Below, piece after piece: positions 23,649 to 34,949 of a stretch of DNA of 64,000 nt (positions are counted from its first letter, which is position 1; the number at the start of each line of letters is the position of its first letter). A model generated the notes under the pieces. It was not told the origin of the DNA and made no database searches. It was given only the letters and a program-made list of their open reading frames with translations. The position numbers were made by a program, and so were the translations under genes. The DNA comes from Blastocladiella emersonii ATCC 22665 (Eukaryota; Fungi; Blastocladiomycota), in assembly GCA_025594325.1 (NCBI GenBank), contig JANHCV010000001.1, forward strand, positions 3,162,001 to 3,226,000, written 5' to 3'.

Positions 23649-26600
23649 ATGGACCACTCTGTGCCCGTCACCGCCGACTTTCAAGACCAGTGCCTCGCCG
23701 ACCCCGATGTGCTTGTCCGGCTGCTCCGCGACGCACCCTCTGGTCCTACCGGCGCCGCCCCGTCGACCGCTGCGCCCGCGCTCGTGCTGAACGCTCACGC
23801 CGACTTCATTGACGCTCCGGATGCTCTGCCTCCTCCCAAGAAGCGCCGCGTTGGTGCTGCGGCCAAGAAGCGCCCGCGCACCCCGCAAGTCGCACTTCCC
23901 GACATTCGCAACGTTGCCGCGAACGAGCATGTCAACCTGCTCGTCGGCCACGTCCTCCTTGCCTTGTCGTTTGCTACGCCCACACCCGGCCGTGTCGAAC
24001 CGGTTTCGAACGACGCGTCAAGTCTGCCTCCCGTCGGTGAGCTCTCAATCGGCCTCGCAGCTCCCAACAGCTTGGCCCTCAACTATGCCGGCTTCCCGCT
24101 GCTCGTCCTGCGCCCCCCTCCGGTTTCGCGCCGGCCCGCTGGGCTCGATCTGATCTCGACGCTGGCGCAGCTCATCTCGCTCGGATCCCTACGCGTCACC
24201 TGTGCTCTTGAGCGAATCGACGCAGCGCAACCGAATTCCCCGCTCACGACCCTTGCGATTCGGCTCTCGATCCACTTCCCGAGTGGCTCGGACTGGACCG
24301 CTGGTGCTCAGGCCGAGCAGCGTGCCTTGCGCGAGGAGCTCATCGCCGCTTTGAATCCGAACCTCTTTGCCGGTTCTTCCGCTTCGTACGAGCCCGATGT
24401 CACGGCCTCGACCCTGTCCAAGCTCTTTGACCGCATCGACGCGAGCACCGACGCGACCTTTGGCGCCGTGCAGCCGCCCGACTCGCTTGTCCGAACGGAC
24501 TTGTTCCCCTTCCAGCAGCGCAGCGTCGCGTGGTGCCTTGCCCGCGAGCAGGGCCGCATCCGCGAGGAGCCCTTTCGTTCAACGCTGCTCGAGCAGGAGC
24601 GTGCGCTGCGCTTTGCTTCCTCTTCGGTCCCCGGCACGGACACGCCGCTCTGGTTCGACCGCGTCACCGCGCAAATCGCCCGCGAGCTTCCCAAGCTGGC
24701 CGAGTCGATTGTTCCCGCGCACAACGGCATTCTGGCCGACGAGATGGGGTACGTTGTGCTCGTCCATGGTCACATCCCCTCCGTTCGCGTACTAACGTTC
24801 CCGCCTCCTGCAACCAGACTCGGCAAGTCGCTTATCGTCCTGTCGCTCATGGCCCTCAACCCCTGGATCCCGCCCACCGAGCCGGCGCTGCCCGTCAACG
24901 TCGACGTCAAGGCCGAGGACGCCGACGCTCCCGCCCCCATCGCCATCAAGTCGACGCTGATCGTGAGCCCGCCCGCGCTCGTCGCGCAGTGGATCGACGA
25001 GGTGCGCAAGCACACGTCGTTCACCGTGTACCACTACCAGGGTGCCGCCAAGTGCCCTGTCGACCTCGATTTCGGCGGCTTTGACGTGGTCGTGACCTCG
25101 TTCCACACCATGAGCGCCGAGCTCGACATGGCCAAGCCCGACAGCGCGCGGTCGCGCCGCTTCGACCGCAAGTACGAGCGCACCTTCTCGCGTCTCGTCA
25201 AGACGCAGTTCTGGCGCATCGTCATGGACGAGGCCCAGATGCTCGACAACCAGCCGCGCGTCGCGCAGACGCTCGCGCAGGTCCCGCACGCCCACGCATG
25301 GTGCGTCTCAGGGACCCCCTTCTCGCGCGCGCTGCACTCGGACACGGCGGCGCTGTCGCGGTTCCTCGGCCACGCCACGCCGCCCGCCGTCCTCGCCGCC
25401 ATGCTCCGCCACGCGCCGCTCTTCGACTGGTACCTCGCCCACGTCCTGCGCCGCACCGCCAAGGCGCGCATCGCCGACGAGCTGCACCTGCCGCCACAGA
25501 CCGACACCGTGGTCCGGCTGCGGTTCGACGCCGTCGAGGCCGAGTTCTACTCGCAGCTCGTCGAGCGGCTGCGCCCCATGATCGCCGACGGGATGCTCGC
25601 GCTTCGCTCCGACAACGACACTGAGCGCGACCGCGGCCGCGCCGCGCTGTCCGGGTGCCTCTCGGTGCTGCGCCTCGCCAGCAACCACCCGCAGCTCGTC
25701 CCGCGCGCGCACACCGAGGAGAACGCCAGCCGCAACGGCGGCCGCGCGGCAGCTGCCGCCGCTAGCCACTCTGGCACGCACCACCACCACGGCGGCGGTC
25801 GCGCGGGCCACGCGCAGCACGCCGCCAACTTCAGCGTCGTGTCGGTGCTGCAGAGCATGTACGCGACGTCGGTCTCGGCCTACTACCAGTCGCACCGCGC
25901 GCGCAACGAGGCCGTGCTCCGGCTCGCGCTCGCGCACGACCAGCAGGGCGACCACGCGGGCGCGCGCGACGTGCTCGAGCGGCTGCTTGTGGACCTCGAA
26001 GCGCTGTCGGCGCTGCTCGACGAGGACTCGACCATCGCCTCCTCGGACGGCGGCGGCCACCACGACGACGGCAGCAGCGACGAGGACGCATCCCCGCTCC
26101 GCGTGTCCGTATCCGCGAGCCTGCGGCTCCACCGCATCCAGCTGCACCAGGCCAAGTTCCACCTCGCGGGCGTCGCCAACGTGCTCGGCGACGCGCACAC
26201 CGAGGAGAAGATGTACGCCGAGGCCGAGGCGATCCGCGCGCTCCTGCTCGCGCCGTCGATTGCGCCCGTCGACCGGATCCGCAACGATGCGGCCGCGGCC
26301 GAGTGGGCGGCGGCGATCCGCGAGGGGACCGTGTTCCGCCTCGAGGGCGCCGACGCGTGGACCGCGGACCTGCGGCTGCCGCCCAAGTCGCCCGAGCGCA
26401 AGCGCGAGGCTGAGGCCTCGAGTCGGTCGACGGAGCAGGGCAACGCATCGGATCTCACCAGTGTCGAGGATAGCGACGCCAAGGACCGGGCCGACGGCGA
26501 CGACGAGTCCAAGCTCGGCCCGATGACAGCGTACTCGTCCAAGGCGACCGAGGTCCTCACCACGATCCGCGCGCTGGCCGGGCTCGCGCGCGAGTGGGTG

Positions 26601-28623
26601 CCCGTCATCCTGACCACGCTCATGACCGACCTCAAGGACCCGCGCTCCGCCGCCGCCGCCATGGACGGCGAGCAGCCCGACCCGGAGCTGTCCGAGTACG
26701 ATGCGGGTCTGCGGATGCAGCACCGCGCCGAGGCGTACCTGGCGCAGCTGACGCACCTGGTCCACGACCTGCGGCACATCACCAACCGCACGGCCCCGCT
26801 CAGCATCGGACAGCTCCCCGCATCAATGAAGTCGGGCGCGCGCCGGCGCGCGCTCAAGCTGCGCGGCGAGGCGGCGCTCGAGCTCGAGGGGCTCGTGCAC
26901 CCGGACATCGAGCTCCCGCTGTTCCGCGCGCGACGCGCGATCATGGGGTCGGCGGCGGGCGTGAGCTTGACGGAGATCGAGACGCACTTCCGGCTGCTGC
27001 ACCGGCCGCCGGCGTCGGCGCCGCGGTCCAAGCTCACGCCCGCGGAGCGCGCGCGGTGCCTCGTTCTCGCGGACCGCATGCACGCCGCGACGGCCGCGGT
27101 GCTGCCCGCGATCGCCGACGTCGAGCGCATGCTCGCGTTCGCGCGCCGCCTGTTCAACGCGCGCGTCCAGTACTACCAGGACCTGCAGTCGATCTCGGAC
27201 ACGGTGCGGCTGCCTTCGCCGCCTGCGGGGGTTGACGAGGCCGGCGAGGCCGCGCGGGCCGCGGCGACGGGGAACACTGCCAAGCTCGACCGGCTTCGCG
27301 ACCAGGTAGACGTGTACGACCACGCGATCCCACCGCGCGCCGCGCGCCGCCGGTACATGCGGTTCATGACGGCGGCGTACCTCCGCACCGCCGACGGCGG
27401 CGGCGACGCCGCGCTCGATGTCGACTGCCTCATCTGCACGGAGAAGGTGGTCCAGGGGTCCATGACGCCGTGCGGCCATGTACGTTTCGATGTTTGTCGG
27501 GTTCGTCGTGGGGCGGCGGGCTGACTCGTTGCCGTGTAGATTGCGTGCCGCGAGTGTATGAAGCGGTGGCTCAGTGAGCGCGCAGCAGTACGTCATCCTC
27601 GCTGTAATGATTCGAGTGTCACGGCGGGCGGCTAACAGCGACCTCACCGCGTAGTGCCACGAGTGCCGCCAGCCGGTCCGCAGCTCGGACGTGGTCCCGA
27701 TCCTCATGTGCCGCCCCGAACCGCGGCCCGCGTCGGCGGCCACTGCTCCTGCCCCCGCTCCCGCCGACCATGACGACGACGATGAAGCGGGCCCCTCGTC
27801 TGTCCCCGCGCCTCCCACCACCGACGCGGCCACGACGGCGACCGAGTCGCTTCACGGGTGGCAGCTGACGGCGATCGAGGGCCGGTTCGGCGCGAAAGTG
27901 GACGGTGTCGTCAAGTTCATCAAGCACGTCGCGCAAGCGGCGGCAGGCCCTGGCGACGATCCCGCCAAGGTGCTCGTGTTCTCGCAGTTCGACGAGCTGC
28001 TGACGGTGATCCGGCACTCGCTCGGGCGCAACGGGCTGTCGGCGGTCCCGTTCTCGCCGGCGAACGTGGCCGCGTTCAAGAACCAGCCGGAGATCCACGC
28101 GCTCCTGCTCAACGCCAAGTCGCAGGCCGCCGGGCTCACGCTGAATGCGGCAAAGTACATTCTGAGTACGCTTCTCGCCCAGGTTTCTCTCGCTCGAGAG
28201 AGCGGCGACGGCTGACTCTCCGCGTCGTGTGTAGTGGTCGAACCCATCGCCAACGCGGCGCTCGACCGGCAGGCCATTGGCCGCGTGCACCGGATCGGCC
28301 AGGCGCACAACACGCAGATTCTGCGTTTCGTGGTCGAGGGCACCGTCGAGGAGCGCGTGCACGAGCTGCTGGCGCGCAAGTACCGCGGGACCGCGTCTGC
28401 CGCGGCCGCGGAGGAGGAGACGGCGGCGGACGAGGAGGCGCAGGTCGGCGACGACGTCAAGGCCGAGGCCACGCTCCTCGGCACGCTCGCCAAGCGCGGG
28501 TTCAGCAAGAAGTTCGAGATCGTCGGCGACGCGGACCTCGTCGAGTGCCTCCGCGGCGTGGTGCCGGAGCTTGACGCGGAGGCCGAGGGGGAGGCCATGG
28601 ACGTGGACGTGGACGAGGTGTAG
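23649..28623 (+). CDS. SNF2-family ATPase with RING E3 domain (IRC20/SHPRH-like), about 5 exons
   Basis: LFPFQQRSVAW, GILADEMG|LGKS, WRIVMDEAQ, WCVSGTPF, RING CLIC...PCGH|IACREC...|CHECR, KVLVFSQF, AAGLTL, QAIGRVHRIGQ. Confidence 0.85.
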
Positions 28624-28667
28624 GAGAACTACCGGTATATATTATGATTTTGGACACCCACCCTTCA

Positions 28668-30728
28668 TCACGACCCCGGTGCGGCCGCGGCGTTCGCGTT
28701 GGCCTTACGTTTCCGCGGCGACGCAGACGGCGCGCGGTCGGCCCCGCCGCCCACGACGACGGCGGGACTCGACGCGTGGCGGACGCGGGCCTCGGCCGAC
28801 GAGACGCGTGGCGGGGACGGCGGCCTCCGGGGTTCTTGCGACGCCTGCCCTCCACGCGCAGCCGCGAGGACCGACGCGATCGCGGCCGCGAGTGCGGCGA
28901 GCAGCGGCCCGGCAGGCCCATCGGCGACCTGCTGCGCGGACCACGCGGTGGCGACGGAGACGGCCGACGACGTGTGCGCGACCGAGTCGATGACGCGTCG
29001 CGTGATCCTGGACGCGCGGCGGACGGGCGCGGTGATGGCGGGGACGGCCGGGGTGCGCTCGATGACGGCGGACAGCAGAATCAGGCCGCGTGCGAGCGGG
29101 CGGGTGACGTGGCGCAGGTCGTCGCCCATCCAGCGGGCGTGGGTGACGAGGAGCACCTCGCGCACGTCGTGCAGGGCCTGGTGGCGGCCCGAGCGCGCGA
29201 GCGAGACGGCGGTCGCGGCGAGGAACGACGGGACCATGAAGAAGGCGACGAAGAGGCCGACGAGGAGGTTGGAGACGGCCGCGGGGACGAGGATGGGCAG
29301 GCGGCGCACGGCGGGCGAGGTTGAAGTTGTGCCGACCGATGGTGAGGCGGCAGCGGCGGCGCGCTGCGCGCCCTGGTACAGCAGGAACGGCTGCAGCACG
29401 GCCAGACTGATGGACGCGAGCGACAGGAGATAGTTGGTCGTGTTCGGGTTCATGTTCGGGGCCTGCTGCTGCTGGTGGTACTGTGGCGCACCAGCGCGAG
29501 CCGCCTTGCCCGCAACGGGTGTCGCTACGGCAGCGGCGGCGTGCTCCGGGTGCTGCTGCTGAGGCAGGTACGGGTAGTAGTACGCGGGCGCAGCGACCCC
29601 CATGCCGGGTGGTGGTGGCGGCACGCCCGCAACGGCGTAGTGCTGGTACGCAGCGACCGGCATGGCGGCGGATGGAGGCAGTGGTGGCGGGGTTGGCGGC
29701 GGTGGGGCCGTCGATCCGGCTGATGAGGAAGACGACGAGGGCGAGGCCGAGAGAAGCAGGGCGCGGGCCGTGGCCGAGAGGTGGTGCAGGCCGAGGGCGT
29801 GCTGCTGCTGCTCGGCGGGCGATCGCTGGTGCTGGAGCGCGGCAGCGGGCGGCGAGGACGAGCCCGCGGGGACGGCCATGGCGTGCGGGTGCGGGTGCGT
29901 GGCGAGGGTTGGCGGCGCGACAGGGACAGGGACGGGTGCCGGCACCGCGACGGGAGCGGGTGGGGCAGCGTGAAAGAGGGCAGGCGCCGACGCGTAGTGC
30001 AGCTGGTGCGGGGCCGCGTAGTGCGGGCGGTAGAGGTGCTGCGAGGCGAGCAGGCGATCCGCGGCGACGGCGGACGGGTGGTGGTGCTGCTGCTGGCGCT
30101 GATGCAGGCGGTGATGATGATGCAAGGGCGGGTCGCACGGGTACGTGTGCGGCGAGTGCTGGGGTGGCGCAAACCAGTGTGAAAGTGGCGAGGACGAGGA
30201 CGAGAGCGACGGCGACGCGGCGGCCGAGGCCGCAGTCGTTGTTGCTGGTGCCGAGGTCGGCGAGGGCACGGCGGGCCAGGCGTCGGGGACGGCGCGAGTC
30301 GAGGGCGGCCGCGGGCCGGCGGCGCCACCACCACCGCCACCAGGCTGGAACGACGCGGCCGACATGGCGTGAAAGTGGAACCACGGATTCTCGCTCGCAC
30401 TGGCCGGCTGCTGCTGTTGCTGGTGGTGGGGCGGCGGCGACGCCGACTGCGACTGCTGCGGGTGGTGCAGCATCTGCACGTGTTGCTGCATGGCGCGCGC
30501 CTTGGCCGCGTTGTCGGCGGCGGACGAGGAGGATGGCGGCGGCGACGAGGAGGCCGAGGACGGCGCGGCCGAGTGCGACGGGTACATGGCGGCGGCGGCG
30601 GGCGTCGCGGTGCGCGAGGGCGGGAACGCGAGCGGCGGCGGCGGCGGCGGCGGGGTGAGGACCGAGTCCTGGCGGTCGAGCGGCGGCGAGGCGGGCCGTC
30701 CAAAGACGCGATGCATGGCCAGTGGCAT
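28668..30728 (-). CDS. Hypothetical protein: Pro/His/Gln/Ala low-complexity N-terminus plus hydrophobic segments
   Basis: Long open frame; hydrophobic YLLSLASISLAVLQPFLL and LPILVPAAVSNLLVGLFVAFFMVPSFLAATAV; CATAAAG TATA-like site near 31046-31052. Confidence 0.55.
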   Translation of the reverse strand: MPLAMHRVFGRPASPPLDRQDSVLTPPPPPPPLAFPPSRTATPAAAAMYPSHSAAPSSASSSPPPSSSSAADNAAKARAMQQHVQMLHHPQQSQSASPPPHHQQQQQPASASENPWFHFHAMSAASFQPGGGGGGAAGPRPPSTRAVPDAWPAVPSPTSAPATTTAASAAASPSLSSSSSPLSHWFAPPQHSPHTYPCDPPLHHHHRLHQRQQQHHHPSAVAADRLLASQHLYRPHYAAPHQLHYASAPALFHAAPPAPVAVPAPVPVPVAPPTLATHPHPHAMAVPAGSSSPPAAALQHQRSPAEQQQHALGLHHLSATARALLLSASPSSSSSSAGSTAPPPPTPPPLPPSAAMPVAAYQHYAVAGVPPPPPGMGVAAPAYYYPYLPQQQHPEHAAAAVATPVAGKAARAGAPQYHQQQQAPNMNPNTTNYLLSLASISLAVLQPFLLYQGAQRAAAAASPSVGTTSTSPAVRRLPILVPAAVSNLLVGLFVAFFMVPSFLAATAVSLARSGRHQALHDVREVLLVTHARWMGDDLRHVTRPLARGLILLSAVIERTPAVPAITAPVRRASRITRRVIDSVAHTSSAVSVATAWSAQQVADGPAGPLLAALAAAIASVLAAARGGQASQEPRRPPSPPRVSSAEARVRHASSPAVVVGGGADRAPSASPRKRKANANAAAAPGS

Positions 30729-31191
30729 AGAAGTGGATGCGGGCAGCGAGTAGGCGAGCTCGCGAGGGTTGGGAGCGGGGAAAGGGGAGAGTGGAGCGAT
30801 GAACGAGGAGGAGGAGGAGAGCGAGCGGGCGGGGCCGAACGGGTGGTTGGTGCCGCTTGCCTCGCCTCCGCGTGCGTGCTCGGGGCGAACGGCGGTCCGC
30901 GGATCCACGCGCGCGCGAGTCTTGCCGATGCGTGCTCTTTGGCCGCGGGGAGGCGCGCTTCAGGAGGAGCCGAACCGGGCCGTCGTGCTGCCGTGCAGCG
31001 GGCGGGTCGAGGGGAGCGCGGACGGGGAGGGAGGGAGCGCGCACGCTTTATGGCGGCGGGCGCATCGCCGTCTGTTCTGCGCTCGGAGATGATGGGTGTG
31101 CATGGTTCGCCGGGTCGCCCGCGATCACGTTTCGCTGCGCGCGGGCCGGCCGGCCAGCGGTTGAAAACGGCGGCGGCGGCGCGACGCGTCG

Positions 31192-31310
31192 CACATGTGT
31201 CGCGGCTCAAGCCACGCCACCTCTGGCCAAACGCCCACCGCCCTTTTCGCCGCCCCGCGCGCGTCCCGAAGCGCGTCGCGACACGCGCTGAAAAAACACG
31301 TGGGCAGCTC
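31192..31310 (+). repeat. Left arm of imperfect ~120-130 bp inverted repeat
   Basis: 31196-31230 is the exact reverse complement of 32192-32226 (35 bp); flanking blocks CGCCCACCGCC and CGCGACACGCGC.GAAAAAACACGTGG also match. Confidence 0.85.
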
Positions 31311-31595
31311 TGACCAAACAAACGACGCCGCCGGGTCGCTCGCCAGCTCCCCACAAACGTAGATCGTGACGCAGGAACTCAACCCCCACCATGCAAACTT
31401 CGTGCAACGACCCTCGCCCGCCAGGCCGCGCTCGATGGCGGCCACGGTCGATCGCGCTGGCGCCGAGCCGAGCACCCCCGAACAGACTCGCGTGAGCGGT
31501 GCCCACTCGCGTCAGCTCGTAGCCCGCAGCTGCCATCAGCGCCGCTATTCCGCTCACAAAAACTCTTCCGTAGGCACAGTGGGGCCCGGCGTCCG

Positions 31596-31665
31596 CGCCC
31601 TCGCGGTGGGCACGGACGCGCGTGCACTCGCCCTCGCGGTGGGCACGGACGCGCGTGCACTCGCC
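31596..31665. repeat. 33-bp perfect tandem repeat, about 2.1 copies
   Basis: CGCCCTCGCGGTGGGCACGGACGCGCGTGCACT at 31596-31628 and 31629-31661. Confidence 0.9.
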
Positions 31666-31777
31666 CCCATGGTGCGCTCGCGCCCCGCGCGTACCCAGGC
31701 GCGCGCGCGTGCGGTTGCTCGCCAGGACTGGCGCCCCACAAAATCCTCTGCGCGCTCTCGGACTCAATGTACACTCT

Positions 31778-32026
31778 CTAACCATGAAACCACACGAGTG
31801 AACTGGAAACGCCCGCTGGCTCGCGCCCTGCACCTGCGACTCGGGCTTCTTGGCCCGTACTGTTGATCGGGGTGTGGCTAGACTGAGCCTCATACCCGCT
31901 TTTACTCGCGAAGTCCTTGTCCGTGTCTCTCTCATCCAGCAGGTGTGATCGCGCGGAGTACAGCTTTTGCGTGTTGTACACGCGACAGTCCTTACTGTAG
32001 CTGCGTGTGTACTCGAAAATCCACAT
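31778..32026 (-). CDS. Small 82-aa ORF inside the inverted-repeat cassette (possible element remnant)
   Basis: MWIFEYTRSYSKDCRVYNTQKLYSARSHLLDERDTDKDF...; 31 of the first 40 codons end in G/C in a locally AT-richer segment. Confidence 0.3.
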   Translation of the reverse strand: MWIFEYTRSYSKDCRVYNTQKLYSARSHLLDERDTDKDFASKSGYEAQSSHTPINSTGQEARVAGAGREPAGVSSSLVWFHG

Positions 32027-32102
32027 ACTTGACGTGTTACGCAATTTTCCGGCGAGGGTTAATTTTTTTTCTCGCGCGTGAAGTCGCCGCCGCCGCCGTG
32101 TT

Positions 32103-32232
32103 GAGCCGCCACGTGTTTTTTCGGCGCGTGTCGCGTCGCGTCGCGTCGCGCGTTTTGGGCGTGGGCGGTGAGGAGTGGCGGCGGTGGGCGATTGGCCAGA
32201 GGTGGCGTGGCTTGAGCCGCGACACACATGTG
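32103..32232 (-). repeat. Right arm of the imperfect inverted repeat
   Basis: Reverse complement of 31192-31310, with a different spacer between the conserved blocks. Confidence 0.85.
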
Positions 32233-32481
32233 GGCGAGGCGCGGCGCGTGCCGCGCGGGTGGGGCTCCCCTCTCGCCTCGGCCTCGGCCTCTCCCGCTCC
32301 CCGACCTCTCCGACCCGAACCAACAAGCTCATGGGGTTCCCATTCGAGTGTAGTGGTAGAATCCAGAGTACAGATACAGCAGAGGGAGCGACAGGGAGGG
32401 GGGCGGGGGAGGGTAAGCAGGTGGCGCGAGAAATCTAGAGCGATTGGTGGTGTACAGGGGGGATCGTCATCAGGTTGCGCA

Positions 32482-34316
32482 TCAGACGTTGCGGAAAAAG
32501 GTCTGCCGGCGCTCGGGCTTGGCCCCGCCGCCGCCGCGCCGCCGCTGCAGCTCGAGAATGTGCACCTCGCAGTACGGCTGGTTCTCGAACGCGTAGTACA
32601 CGTCGGTGAGCGGCTGCTCGCACGTCGTGCACACAAAGCACCGCGGGTGGAACCGGCCCTCGACCACGCACGCGCACGGGCCCTCGATCGGCTGCCGGCA
32701 CCCGCCGCAGATGCTGCCGTTCTCCTCGTGGTAGCACCACCGGCAGTACGGCTGGTCCTGCAGCACGTAGAACGACTTGTCCGGGAACCCGGCCCCGCAC
32801 CGCGCGCACGCGAAACACGCCGGGTGGTACTTGCGGCCCAGCGCCGCGCACACGCGCGTGTCGCGCGTGATCACCAGCTTGCACCCGCCGCACCGCGGGA
32901 GCGTCGCCAGGTAGCACGGGTGGCACAGCGGCTTGCCGTGCCGCATGTGCACCGGGTTCGTCTCGCTGAACGTCGCCTCGAGCGACCGCGCGCAGTGCTG
33001 GCACGTCAGGCAGTGCGGATGGTGCGGCCCGGGCAGCTTGGCGTGCGTCACCGCCGGCTCGCCCGCGCGCACCGGGAGTCGGCACGCGCCGCACGTCGGC
33101 TCGGGCGGGGAGGGCGGGGGCGACGGCTGCCGCGCCGCCGGTGGTGGCGCCGACTTGAGCGACATGCCGCCCTTGCTGCCGCCGTACCCGTAGTCGTCGT
33201 CATGGTGAAGGTCGTCGTCGGGGTACTTAACGCCGCCGCTACCCGCCGGGGGCTCGGCACCGCCCGCCGCGCCGTCGCGCGCCAGGCAGTCGGCGCACAC
33301 AATGATCCCGCCGCGCTCGCACCGCCACCCGTCCGACCCGTACGGGTCGCGGTCCGCCGACAGCCCGCACTCCTCGCACACGCAGCACGCCGCGTGCACC
33401 ACGTCGGACCCGATGCACACTATCTCCTCGCCCTTCCAGATCAGGCCCTTGCACGCGTTGCACGTCACCGACTTGGCGTCCTTGAACAGCATGATCTCCG
33501 ACAGGTCGAACCCGCCCTCGTCCGCCGCCCCCGCCGCGTACGTGCTGCGCCCGCCGTGCTGCGACCCGCTGCCGCCGCTGTACATGGTGTCCTTGTAGTG
33601 CTCGGCCGCACCCGACTTGGCCGGCGGCGCCGGCGGACCGCCGTACCGGTCGTCGTAGTCGCGGTCGCGGTCGCGGTCGTCGAGCCGCGACTGGTCAAAC
33701 TTGCGCGTCAGGTCGTCGACCGGCGACGCGCCGCGGCTGTCGGGCCGCGACTGCCCGTACGCCGAGTCGCCGCCCGGCACCGGCGACAGCTTGCCGTTCC
33801 CGGCACTGCCGCCGTTGCCGCCGCCCGACGGGTTGCCGTTGGCGCCAAACAGCTTGTTGGTGTACGACGACAGAAAGTCGAGCCCAAACTTCTTGTTGCC
33901 GCCGGCCGCGCCCGCCGCGCCGGGCGACGTCGCGGGCGGCGCGTCCTCGGCACCCGGCGTGCGCGCGGGCGACGGCGGCGCGCGCCGGTACCGGTCATCG
34001 TCGCCGTAGCGGTCGTCGTTGCGGTACCGGTCGTACCGCCCGCCCGAGCCGGCGCCGACGGGGCTGTACGGCTCGTCGTACCCGCTACCGCCACGGCCCG
34101 ACGAGGCCGGAGCGGGGCCGCCTACATTCGATGATGACGAGCGAGGGGGCCGGGAGGTGAGCAAATACGCGGAACGAGGGGCTTGACCGGCCCGAGCGAA
34201 GGTGTGGGAGGAATGCGATGCGTACGGCCGCAGACGTGCGTCGTCGGGTCGTCCACGTCGTAGCCGCAGTCGCGGCACTTGAAGAGCGGCATCGACGCCG
34301 TCGCTGCGTAGGCCAT
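32482..34316 (-). CDS. PXL1: Paxillin-like protein with four C-terminal LIM domains and an N-terminal CxxC..H.C motif, 2 exons
   Basis: Exon 1 MAYAATASMPLFKCRDCGYDVDDPTTHVC; LIMs CNAC..HAACCVCEEC, CGAC..HPHCLTCQHC, CGGC..HPACFACARC, CGGC..HPRCFVCTTC..YCEVH. Confidence 0.8.
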
Positions 34317-34949
34317 GGTTGGTCGAGTGGCGGAGCAGGGTGTAGTGCGTTGTAGGGAGTAGAAGGCCGGTCGCTGACTCGGGGGGTGTCGAAGCTGGAC
34401 AAGGCGAATGCGCCAGGCGAGCGTATGCAGATGGTGCAGTCGGTGCCCGTCCGGTCGGTTCGTCGCGTTGAGTGCTCCGTGGATTATTACAGCGAGTGTG
34501 GGGTGTGGGGGAGGGAGAGAGAGGAGGAGCGACGGGCGGCGCCCACTTAACGCTCCGAGGCGGTGGCGCTCGCAAGCCACGCCGGCACGCGGCGATGCAA
34601 ACGCGCTTTGAAGACCGCGACGACGCTGATCACGAAGCACATCAGGTCAAATTTGGGCGCGACGACCGTCCTCAGCTTACAAAGCAACATCGGAGGGGTG
34701 ACTGAATGAGTCTGAGTGTCTGCAGACTGACGCTGAGTGACTGAATGCTAGACTTGAGGTCGTGCTGGTCTCCCGTCGCTTGGAACTCCATCGCAACCTC
34801 GGGAAGCCGTGAAGACTTGAGCCATCCATGAGGAACTGCATCGGCTAGTCACGCATAGTTACCTAGTAAGCTGAAGTTCGACGGGAGCAGGCCCTACTCA
34901 TCGCTTCGTTCTCCTCGGACGGCTTCGCAACCACGCTCCAACAATCTCG

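Noticed and set aside
31867-31899. TPP-riboswitch-like half motif CGGGGTG...CTGAG...ATACCCG
   Set aside because: UGAGA is altered to UGAGC, P3 is only 2 bp, the P4/P5 arm (UGAUC...UAAU...GCG.AGG) is absent, there is no adjacent thiamine gene, and the opposite strand looks coding.
32052-32070. TAACCCT (minus strand) as a telomerase RNA template, with an adjacent U-tract as an Sm site
   Set aside because: Only 7 nt, barely more than one repeat, and no supporting structure; expected by chance.
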